From positions 1 to 45,860 of the IMG/VR virus record IMGVR_UViG_3300027881_000001: a stretch of DNA of 45,860 nucleotides; one strand, given 5' to 3'. This DNA is from a virus. The notes below the pieces were generated by a model. It was not told where the DNA came from and did not search any database. It saw nothing but the letters and a program-made list of their open reading frames with translations. The translations under genes were made by a program, and so were the position numbers. Positions 23,653 to 30,541 of the stretch are shown here, piece by piece; positions within the stretch are counted from its first letter, which is position 1, and each line of letters starts with the position of its first letter.

Positions 23653-24083
23653 AGTTTTCCTTTCTGCTGTCTATCGTACAAAACAACATGGACTGTTGCC
23701 GCTAAGTTCATACACTGGTAAGTGGGGACATAGATTATATCCCTGCACCACGACAAAACACGGTCGCCGAGCGTTGCATCTTCTGCGCCAAAGATATAAA
23801 ATGCGCGTTCGGGGTGTACATAATTGTGCAAAGAAACTGCATCTTCTACTAAATCCACGGCTACAGGCACGCAGTCATAAGGGATTATATCTTTCAAGTC
23901 GTTTACTTGAAATAGCGGAGAATGGCGGTATTGTTTCGCGGTATCAGTGGGGGCCTTTTTGTACCTACAGCCGGAGACGGCCAAAAATGCCGCCTCGAAA
24001 TTCCCTACGGCCCGTAACGCAGAGCCTATATTGACAGATGTTTTTGGGTTGTCTAAGCCAATACAGCTATACCCTCGCATCAC
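23649..24083 (-). CDS. SPOUT-superfamily RNA 2'-O-methyltransferase, minimal TrmL/SpoU-like
   Basis: IGLDNPKTSVNIGSALRAVGNF, FYIFGAEDATLG and IYVPTYQCMNLAATVHVVLYD align by eye with the three SpoU/TrmL motifs. Confidence 0.75.
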   Translation of the reverse strand: MMRGYSCIGLDNPKTSVNIGSALRAVGNFEAAFLAVSGCRYKKAPTDTAKQYRHSPLFQVNDLKDIIPYDCVPVAVDLVEDAVSLHNYVHPERAFYIFGAEDATLGDRVLSWCRDIIYVPTYQCMNLAATVHVVLYDRQQKGKL

Positions 24084-24382
24084 TCACCCCCCGCCGCGGC
24101 GATAGCGGCCTGTAGTTTGTCCCAAGTGCCTTGAGTAAGTTGTATCCGGCCCGGTTTGGCTAAACCGTCTATAACATCCTTGCACGCATCCAGCAGGGCG
24201 GGCGCGGCGGCGATAAGGCGGGCGTTGGCCTTAGCTTCGTCTCGGAAAGTTGAATTTTCCATAGAGGATAGACGATAAGCCGTTGCAATTATAGTCAAGT
24301 CATTGTTAGCAGTAATATATAAGTCGCCAGATAGTTCGTCAGGCTCTAACGCGACTTCCCATTTTCCTTTTGTGTATTCCAT
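24080..24382 (-). CDS. Hypothetical phage protein (MEYTKGKWEV... / ANARLIAAAPALLDA family)
   Basis: Refined start at ATG 24382 with a GAGGA RBS. Confidence 0.55.
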   Translation of the reverse strand: MEYTKGKWEVALEPDELSGDLYITANNDLTIIATAYRLSSMENSTFRDEAKANARLIAAAPALLDACKDVIDGLAKPGRIQLTQGTWDKLQAAIAAAGGE

Positions 24383-24428
24383 AATATCCTCACTTTCTGT
24401 TTTTCCCAAGGGAAAGAAGGTTAGCGGG

Positions 24429-24668
24429 TCAAATAAAGTGTTCAAGGTTTTTGGAGTCCGCTTTATCGTCTGCACTAAGCGACTCCCACTGCCACGCCTC
24501 CGAAAGCAGAGCGGCGTGTAGAACTATTTTAGGTAGCCGGTAGTCGTCGCCATAGCTGGGCGGGTCAATTGCGCCGGAGGCCCATGCCTTTTGTGCCAAC
24601 TTCCGCAAATCTTTGCTCGCTGTCCTGATTAGCTCGTTAATCTTTTTTGTGTACTGTTTCCGTGTCAT
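24429..24668 (-). CDS. Hypothetical protein
   Basis: Refined start MTRKQYTKKINE (ATG 24668). Confidence 0.5.
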   Translation of the reverse strand: MTRKQYTKKINELIRTASKDLRKLAQKAWASGAIDPPSYGDDYRLPKIVLHAALLSEAWQWESLSADDKADSKNLEHFI

Positions 24669-24700
24669 TTTCTCACTCACTTTCTGCCCCGAAGGGCGGT

Positions 24701-24871
24701 TTAAGAACAATTATCACACAACATATTTGGGTTGGTCGTGTCTTTGCCGCAACCCTTACAAGTAACAACTTTGCATTTTGGGTTATGTTCCCCTGCCATC
24801 CATGCCTCCAGCTTCGACCGCCCACAAAGTAAACCACGGTTGCCTTTGTACCATTTTGCGGTCTTTTTCAT
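24701..24871 (-). CDS. 56-aa zinc-ribbon protein (below the track threshold)
   Basis: GGAAGGA RBS. Translation MKKTAKWYKGNRGLLCGRSKLEAWMAGEHNPKCKVVTCKGCGKDTTNPNMLCDNCS. Confidence 0.45.
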   Translation of the reverse strand: MKKTAKWYKGNRGLLCGRSKLEAWMAGEHNPKCKVVTCKGCGKDTTNPNMLCDNCS

Positions 24872-24935
24872 TTTTCAATCCTTCCGGTTAAAGGTTAATA
24901 CTGGGAGCCTCCGCAGAGACCCCCGGTAATGACCG

Positions 24936-25268
24936 TTATGCGGTGTTATCTTTTACGTTTTTAGTAATCTCAAAGGCTCGTTCTGACCGCCTATCACTTT
25001 CAGTCATTTTGGTACATTTGGGATAATGGTCTGTTGGTTTTTTGCCTGTCATTGTTTTGCCACAATAAGGACAAGTAAAATCGCAATCCTGTTCTACTTC
25101 TCGTCCCATTACTTCAACCATTTCCGTTCTTAGTTCTGCTTCCCAATCAGGGTACATATCGTCAATCGGAGGCTCTTCATAATCTACTCCCAAAAATTCG
25201 GCCCAGCGTTTCAAGTCGTCAAAATCAAGGGCGTCAATAAACATATAAACAGCATCATCAATCTTCAT
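24936..25268 (-). CDS. Acidic protein with a C-terminal zinc finger; first gene of the leftward operon
   Basis: Refined start (AGGAG 7 nt upstream of ATG 25268). Contains CDFTCPYCGK...HYPKC. Confidence 0.55.
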   Translation of the reverse strand: MKIDDAVYMFIDALDFDDLKRWAEFLGVDYEEPPIDDMYPDWEAELRTEMVEVMGREVEQDCDFTCPYCGKTMTGKKPTDHYPKCTKMTESDRRSERAFEITKNVKDNTA

Positions 25269-25313
25269 TTTCATACTCCTAAATAAGGCTAATAAACTCA
25301 ACTCTCTATTTTA

Positions 25314-25341
25314 ATTATACGGCTATCATGGGCAAAGTAAA
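25314..25341 (-). promoter_or_regulatory. Sigma70-like promoter TTTACT-N16-TATAAT on the - strand, driving the 25268->23464 operon
   Basis: The reverse complement reads tttact ttgcccatgatagccg tataat. Confidence 0.55.
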
Positions 25342-25366
25342 GAGTTATCTTTAATAATTAGCAAAG

Positions 25367-25383
25367 TTAGCAAGATATTTATA
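25367..25383 (+). promoter_or_regulatory. 17-mer TTAGCAAGATATTTATA (+ strand copy), preceded by the partial copy TTAGCAAAG
   Basis: Exact inverted copy of 12219-12235. Confidence 0.6.
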
Positions 25384-25398
25384 AAAAAGTGATAAAAT

Positions 25399-25644
25399 GT
25401 GGATTTTTATGTTGACAATGTAGCAAGATTATGTTATTCTTTAGTTGTGGACGGACCGGATAAGTTTATTTGTGATTGTGGAAACAAAACAAGCATCGAG
25501 GGCAGGCCATGTAATCAGTGTTTTGCCGAAGAGTTCGACGAATCGCAAGGCTGTTTTGACCCTGCCGAGCGAATCATTGTGCGACCTCACGCCTCAGCAC
25601 CTGGAACCACAAGAACAAAGCCCGACAAATGGCACGATGGATGA
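25399..25644 (+). CDS. Zinc-ribbon small protein; likely real start GTG 25447 (leaderless)
   Basis: CDCGNK...CNQC. No RBS before either start. GTG 25447 lies 7 nt downstream of the -10 at 25435-25440. Confidence 0.4.
   Translation: MDFYVDNVARLCYSLVVDGPDKFICDCGNKTSIEGRPCNQCFAEEFDESQGCFDPAERIIVRPHASAPGTTRTKPDKWHDG
25412..25440 (+). promoter_or_regulatory. Sigma70-like promoter TTGACA-N17-TATTCT with TAGCAAGAT in the spacer
   Basis: Read directly. Confidence 0.5.
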
Positions 25645-25692
25645 CAGATTAGAATATGGATTCAGCCTAATTAGACAGGCCGGGGACATATA

Positions 25693-25833
25693 ATGGATAA
25701 AACTATCGAGCAGAGAATAGAAGCCCTTGAGAAGCTCCAGAACGCAACAGGCGAACAAATAGCCCGATTAAAGATGATCCAGGCGCAAAAAAAGGCTTCA
25801 GAATCGCTCAGGACGGACGAACGCAGGAAATAG
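25693..25833 (+). CDS. 46-aa coiled-coil peptide (below the track threshold)
   Basis: MDKTIEQRIEALEKLQNATGEQIARLKMIQAQKK... Confidence 0.35.
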   Translation: MDKTIEQRIEALEKLQNATGEQIARLKMIQAQKKASESLRTDERRK

Positions 25834-25850
25834 CGGGTAATTATAGCCAT

Positions 25851-25878
25851 AAAAAAAGACCCGGCATAATACCGGGCC
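25851..25878 (-). terminator. Rho-independent terminator for the leftward 26335->25914 operon
   Basis: The - strand reads GGCCCGG-tattatg-CCGGGTC followed by TTTTTTT. Confidence 0.7.
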
Positions 25879-25913
25879 TGCTCATTGAAAAGTAAATAGT
25901 GTTGTATTTTAGG

Positions 25914-26144
25914 CTACCGCCTGAAAAGCTCCAATATAGCCAACCTTTTGCGCCAGTTAGATATGCGGCAATGGACACGGAGTATTGGGCGGCCCTTGTA
26001 ATCGCCTTTGCGCTTTGCGATAAAAAACTGTTTACCGATATTACTCGTGCCCTTTAGGACATAGCACCTTGTTATGCCATAACATTCGTCGGCGGCAAGG
26101 TTTCTAATCAAGCCCCTGATTCGTCTGAATTGATTCATTTTCAA
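25914..26144 (-). CDS. Basic hypothetical protein
   Basis: ORF followed by the terminator at 25851-25878. Confidence 0.5.
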   Translation of the reverse strand: MKMNQFRRIRGLIRNLAADECYGITRCYVLKGTSNIGKQFFIAKRKGDYKGRPILRVHCRISNWRKRLAILELFRR

Positions 26145-26158
26145 TACTCCTAAAAAGG

Positions 26159-26335
26159 TTAGCTGTTGTAGCTTATGGCACAGTCATCGGAGCAAAAACC
26201 CTGATGTCTATCTTCTGGCATAAACCCGCATCCGCACCATTTACATTCGCGCTCGTAATCCTGCCATGCGTCCGGGCATCCAGTTTCATGGCAATGAACG
26301 CCGTTAATCATTACTGCTTCGCATGAATCACACAT
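26159..26335 (-). CDS. 58-aa Cys/His-rich metal-binding protein (below the track threshold)
   Basis: AAGGAG lies 6 nt upstream. Translation MCDSCEAVMINGVHCHETGCPDAWQDYERECKWCGCGFMPEDRHQGFCSDDCAISYNS. Confidence 0.5.
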   Translation of the reverse strand: MCDSCEAVMINGVHCHETGCPDAWQDYERECKWCGCGFMPEDRHQGFCSDDCAISYNS

Positions 26336-26428
26336 TTCCTGCTCCTTAATAAGGTTTATCGTACAAGTAAACTATACAGCACTAATATCGACCAGTCAAA
26401 TAAATAACAATAACTATTCCTGAGAATA

Positions 26429-26457
26429 TTGAATAATAGCAAGATAGGGATTAAAAT
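26429..26457 (+). promoter_or_regulatory. Sigma70-like promoter TTGAAT-N17-TAAAAT with TAGCAAGAT in the spacer; head of the late operon
   Basis: The -10 ends 9 nt before ATG 26467 and there is no Shine-Dalgarno sequence, implying a leaderless or near-leaderless mRNA. Confidence 0.5.
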
Positions 26458-26466
26458 AGTAAGATA

Positions 26467-26916
26467 ATGCCAAGTATTAAAGACAAATCAACGGTAGAAG
26501 CAATAGCACGGATATACTATGGTGAAGGTAAGCGCAACAAAACAGAGACACTAAAGATAGTAGGCTATAAGCCCAGCTATTACAAGACAAGGGGGCTGGG
26601 CGTGGTGTATAGCAATGTAAGGGTAAAAGAGGCAATGAAGGCAGTAGAGGCCGAAACAATGGAAAAACACGAACACAACCAAGAGATAGCCATCAACCTC
26701 TTGAAGTCCGACTACGCCCGTCTATGCCCGGCTGCTGATGGTGGTAACATCCAAGCTATACAGGCGCGAACGGCGATTGTGCGTGAGCTTAACGCTATTA
26801 CGGGGCAGCACAGCACCACTATCATCACGGACGACGTACAGGCGAGGGCGTTGGATGCCAAGCAACAGGCTGAGGCGGATAGAATAGCGGGCATACGGCT
26901 GAGCGGGGCTGGGTAA
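26467..26916 (+). CDS. Terminase small subunit (putative)
   Basis: First gene of the packaging module, with an HTH-like N-terminus. Called mainly by position. Confidence 0.5.
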   Translation: MPSIKDKSTVEAIARIYYGEGKRNKTETLKIVGYKPSYYKTRGLGVVYSNVRVKEAMKAVEAETMEKHEHNQEIAINLLKSDYARLCPAADGGNIQAIQARTAIVRELNAITGQHSTTIITDDVQARALDAKQQAEADRIAGIRLSGAG

Positions 26917-27146
26917 TGCTCACAGGGCAGGCCAAGAGGGACTATCAACGGGAGTACATGAGGGGCTACATGCGGGCGCGCAGGGCTGTTAAGACCCGCC
27001 CTGATGTTAAGACCCAAGAGGCGCAGTGTGTTAAGACCTACCCCAGCGGTGTTAGACCCCGGCCCGCGCAGGAGAGGGTGAGGGTGATAGCAACCCGCCC
27101 CGCGCAAAAGGCGATGGCCCCCCAAGCGGGCGGTGGGCGATGGTAA
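26916..27146 (+). CDS. Basic Arg/Pro-rich hypothetical protein
   Basis: The start overlaps the upstream stop by 1 nt. Contains the TGTTAAGACC repeats. Confidence 0.4.
   Translation: MLTGQAKRDYQREYMRGYMRARRAVKTRPDVKTQEAQCVKTYPSGVRPRPAQERVRVIATRPAQKAMAPQAGGGRW
26987..27060 (+). repeat. Four direct copies of TGTTA(A)GACC spaced 17-25 bp apart (pac/terminase-binding or regulatory array candidate)
   Basis: Copies at about 26987, 27004, 27029 (TGTTAAGACC) and 27050 (TGTTAGACC). Confidence 0.6.
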
Positions 27147-27184
27147 TATAATGCCCCAAGAAATATATATGGAGTTATGCAATA

Positions 27185-27400
27185 ATGGACAAAGGTAAGC
27201 GACAACCAGCTCTAAGGGACAGGATTGAGGATATGCCTCTTCTTCCCCTTGGCCGTTACGACCCTACTCCCCGGCCATATATGTTGCATATCCGCGAGCG
27301 GGTTTATCCTGACGGTGCTATTGACTTGGTACACAGGAAGCGTGTTTATGGTGGTTTGGTTCATGCTGTTTGTGATATTGTCACGGAGTTTCAGGAATAA
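27185..27400 (+). CDS. Hypothetical protein (C-terminus DIVTEFQE)
   Basis: ORF within the operon. Confidence 0.45.
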   Translation: MDKGKRQPALRDRIEDMPLLPLGRYDPTPRPYMLHIRERVYPDGAIDLVHRKRVYGGLVHAVCDIVTEFQE

Positions 27401-27675
27401 TGGACAAAGCCGACCTGACTTTGGGTAGTAGGATAGATGCCATTTTCTCTACCATTGGCCCTCACCAAACTATTTATGAGTGGTTTTCTTCTTTGCCTCG
27501 CGGGGTTTTGTCAGAGTTGGTTGGTTTGTTGGAGTTAGTCCGTAACGAACAGATGGTTGGGCCGAATAGTTGTTGTTCTTGTGGCCATTATCATGGCGAT
27601 GGTGTTGTGGACTTTAATTTCAGGATGAGGATGCTTGGCTTGGCCAAGAAATGGGTTGTAGATGAGCCGGTCTGA
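27400..27675 (+). CDS. Hypothetical protein
   Basis: ORF whose start overlaps the upstream stop. Confidence 0.45.
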   Translation: MDKADLTLGSRIDAIFSTIGPHQTIYEWFSSLPRGVLSELVGLLELVRNEQMVGPNSCCSCGHYHGDGVVDFNFRMRMLGLAKKWVVDEPV

Positions 27676-27862
27676 CGCAGAGCTAATTGACCCCATGAAG
27701 GCATATTGTGTCGAGGCTTGTCGCCTTGCTAATATGTGCAAGAATCCTTGGGCTCGTGCGGCGGTGGTTATTGGTAGTTGCAGGGGCCATCTCCCATATG
27801 ACGACCAGATAGCTGTTCTTGACCAGAAGCTTGACGATATTGTCACGGAGTTTCAGCAATAA
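27662..27862 (+). CDS. Hypothetical protein (C-terminus DIVTEFQQ)
   Basis: ORF within the operon. Confidence 0.45.
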   Translation: MSRSDAELIDPMKAYCVEACRLANMCKNPWARAAVVIGSCRGHLPYDDQIAVLDQKLDDIVTEFQQ

Positions 27863-28074
27863 TGGATAACTCCGAGCGAGATAACTCTTTTCTATGGCTT
27901 GAATGCGATTGTGGTTCTTATGGTTTTGAGGAATTGCCACTTAGTGCGATAGTCCCCGATGGTTATCGTTGTATTCGCTGTAAGAGTGCTGTTCCCGTTG
28001 CCATATTGAACTGGGACGAGTTGCAGGCTATTATGGCGGACAGGCGAAGGAGTTTTTTGCATGAGCCAGAGTGA
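27862..28074 (+). CDS. Zinc-ribbon small protein
   Basis: CDCGS...CIRCKS. Confidence 0.45.
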   Translation: MDNSERDNSFLWLECDCGSYGFEELPLSAIVPDGYRCIRCKSAVPVAILNWDELQAIMADRRRSFLHEPE

Positions 28075-28237
28075 TGCAGGCAAGGGCGACCGTCCCCGTC
28101 CTGTTGACCGCAGGAAGTGGGATAGGGGTTGGAAGCGAATTAAGAAGGGCAAGAAATGTTTTTGCAAGATGATTGAAATAGTGATAATTGACCCTTCTGA
28201 ATACGAGGTTGTTGAGGGGACGGCGTTTGTTAAATGA
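28061..28237 (+). CDS. 58-aa basic protein (below the track threshold)
   Basis: AAGGAG lies 8 nt upstream. Translation MSQSDAGKGDRPRPVDRRKWDRGWKRIKKG... Confidence 0.4.
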   Translation: MSQSDAGKGDRPRPVDRRKWDRGWKRIKKGKKCFCKMIEIVIIDPSEYEVVEGTAFVK

Positions 28238-28312
28238 GAGGATGCGGGTGGATGATTTATCATGGTCGCTTATATTGATAATGTTGATAACACCTATAAT
28301 ATGGGGTAGGTA

Positions 28313-28489
28313 ATGGGGTGTTCCGTAAGGGTAACGTATATTGACCCTGCATGGTTTGATTTTATTGAGTGGTATAAAGATGAGGATTGGGAAGATTACT
28401 CATATTATGACGATGAGCCAGTCTTACATTTAACAAGATGGGATGATGAATCTGAGAAGATTGCTCGTAATATGGGACTGTGGGGATAA
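28313..28489 (+). CDS. 58-aa acidic protein (below the track threshold)
   Basis: MGCSVRVTYIDPAWFDFIEWYKDEDWEDY... Weak RBS. Confidence 0.3.
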   Translation: MGCSVRVTYIDPAWFDFIEWYKDEDWEDYSYYDDEPVLHLTRWDDESEKIARNMGLWG

Positions 28490-28530
28490 ATAACGGGGGG
28501 GGGTAAGAAGAAGTAGTTTCGCCGAGGGAT

Positions 28531-30135
28531 ATGGATTTAACACCGAATGATGTAGCTTCAGTTAATGCTGCTTACTGGGCTGATTTGAACCTTATTCAGT
28601 TGCAGGCCGGGCGGTTTTCGTTCAAGGGCCATGAATATCAGAAGGAGCCTATGCAGTCCCGCGCCCGTCGCCGGGCCTACATGAAGGCTACTCAGGGCGG
28701 GTTTACGGAGATAGAGGTTCTTCGAAGTCTTCATGGCATGATACACAGGATTTTCCCGCAGGGCGTTTTATATACCTTTCCTACTACTGACGACGTGAAT
28801 GAGTTTAGTAAGTCCCGGTTCAATCCTTTAATCTTATCTAATCGTAAGGCGATAGGTCAGTTTGTCAAATCCGGCGGCAAGGGCACTGACACCGCATCAT
28901 TGAAGAAAATACATAATGCCTTTTTGTATCTTCGCGGTGCGCGTTTGAGCCAGAAGATTTCCGACCAGAACGAATCTTCCAAGATGAGAGGTATCCCGGT
29001 AGATTCTGTAAAATTTGATGAAGTTGACCTCATGGACGAGGATGTTATCGCCAAGGCCCGTGGCAGGATGGGCCATTCTAATGTAAAAGAAGAGGTATTT
29101 ATTTCCAACCCTCTTATCCCCGGCGAAGGTATAGATAAGATATTCGCCAACTCTGACCAGAGGCATTGGTTCAGAAAGTGCAGTTGCGGTGAGTGGACCT
29201 GTGCCGAACTCAGTTTCCCCGAATGCGTAAAGATAAAAGACGGAAAAGGATATATTGGCTGTAAGTGCGGCAAGGAGGTTCCAATTTACGCCGGGCCCGG
29301 CACCGCCGAGTGGGTTCCTTCTGTAAGAGAGAACTCGGACTTCATGCACGGGTACCGGTGGAGTCAGTTGACCTCTGCCTTCAACGACCCCGCCGAGATA
29401 CTGGATGCCTTTAACGACCCGCCCGAAGGAAACCTCGCCGATGTCTATCGACTGAGACTTGGCTTGCCTTATATCGCCGCAGAGGACAGATTGACCGAGG
29501 CGAATGTATATAACTGTTGCGGGACTTATATTCAGTCTCATACCCATACGGGCCCTTGTGCGATGGGCGTTGATGTCGGCAAGATTAAGCATGTACTCAT
29601 AGGGGTCAAGGTCGGCAGCGACCAGTACAAGATAGTTAAAATAGCTCAATTGAGCAGGTGGGAAGACATTCACGCGCTTGCGCGAAGGTTCAATGTTAAA
29701 AGTACGGTAGTTGATATAAGACCTTATGAAGACTCTGCAAGAAAGTTCCAGTCTGAAGTTAAGGGGCGGTGTTTTCTGTGTGAATACAAAGAGAACACCC
29801 CGCAGGGTACTGTTTATAACCAGAATACCGGGATAGTCAGTGTCAACAGGACGGAGATTTTCGATTTAACTCACAGAATGGTAATGACGCCGGGGATGCT
29901 GACTATTCCGATGCTGCATGAAGTGAAGGAATTTGCGAAACAGATGTGCGGGGCTTATAAGGTTCTTGAGACCAATAAGAAATCCGGCACCTCGATTTAC
30001 AGATATAAGGGCAAAAACGAACACTTCAGAAACGCCTTGAACTACTTCATATTAGCCGCAAAAGGCGGCCATATAGTAAGGGCCGAAGGTTACAGGAAAC
30101 CAACGACAGTAATAAATAATTATGCGAGGATATAA
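28531..30135 (+). CDS. terL: Terminase large subunit
   Basis: Walker-A-like KATQGGFTE and Walker B VKFDEVDLMDE. Size and position upstream of the portal fit. Confidence 0.85.
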   Translation: MDLTPNDVASVNAAYWADLNLIQLQAGRFSFKGHEYQKEPMQSRARRRAYMKATQGGFTEIEVLRSLHGMIHRIFPQGVLYTFPTTDDVNEFSKSRFNPLILSNRKAIGQFVKSGGKGTDTASLKKIHNAFLYLRGARLSQKISDQNESSKMRGIPVDSVKFDEVDLMDEDVIAKARGRMGHSNVKEEVFISNPLIPGEGIDKIFANSDQRHWFRKCSCGEWTCAELSFPECVKIKDGKGYIGCKCGKEVPIYAGPGTAEWVPSVRENSDFMHGYRWSQLTSAFNDPAEILDAFNDPPEGNLADVYRLRLGLPYIAAEDRLTEANVYNCCGTYIQSHTHTGPCAMGVDVGKIKHVLIGVKVGSDQYKIVKIAQLSRWEDIHALARRFNVKSTVVDIRPYEDSARKFQSEVKGRCFLCEYKENTPQGTVYNQNTGIVSVNRTEIFDLTHRMVMTPGMLTIPMLHEVKEFAKQMCGAYKVLETNKKSGTSIYRYKGKNEHFRNALNYFILAAKGGHIVRAEGYRKPTTVINNYARI

Positions 30136-30137
30136 AG

Positions 30138-30329
30138 ATGTCATCAATGTTTCATTCTCCGAAATCGGCAAAAGCGCCCGCGCTTGCCGCGCCGGGAGCG
30201 GTACCTGTAGTGGAAGACGATGTAGGCGAAATGGAAAAAAAGAGACTTCGTAAAAGGAAGGGCCGGGAATCTACCTTTTTAACGGGCGACCTAACCCCTG
30301 AGACAGAAAAAAAGAGCGTTTTAGGCTAA
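30138..30329 (+). CDS. Hypothetical small protein
   Basis: ORF within the operon. Confidence 0.4.
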   Translation: MSSMFHSPKSAKAPALAAPGAVPVVEDDVGEMEKKRLRKRKGRESTFLTGDLTPETEKKSVLG

Positions 30330-30541
30330 TGCTTGCAGAACGACACTTCAAAAACGAAGACCCGATTAAGGACATGATTGCAAGGGCGCATCGGGTCGGG
30401 GCCTGTGATAGTTCCGGCAGGTCGGTTAAGCGGAGCGATGGGACGCTTGTCGCAAAGCCGCGCACCGGTTCATCTATGACTAAAACGTATGTTTTGCGCA
30501 ACGGAAAGGTTGTTGAGAAATGCCTGACGCAAGAGCAGTAG
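30329..30541 (+). CDS. Hypothetical small protein
   Basis: ORF within the operon. Confidence 0.4.
   Translation: MLAERHFKNEDPIKDMIARAHRVGACDSSGRSVKRSDGTLVAKPRTGSSMTKTYVLRNGKVVEKCLTQEQ

Noticed and set aside
25445-25693. Alternative 82-aa + strand ORF overlapping 25399-25644 in another frame
   Set aside because: The product is low-complexity (Ser/Pro/Thr/Leu) without motifs. The competing frame encodes a CxC...CxxC zinc ribbon and aligns with the predicted leaderless start.
26712-27182. 156-aa - strand ORF opposite the terS end and the TGTTAAGACC repeat region
   Set aside because: It is Gly/Pro/Ala/Leu/Arg-rich and antisense to the head of the late operon, with no RBS.
28897-29673. 258-aa ORF on the - strand inside the large terminase gene
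   Set aside because: It is antisense to a gene with clear Walker A/B motifs. It has no RBS or motif support.
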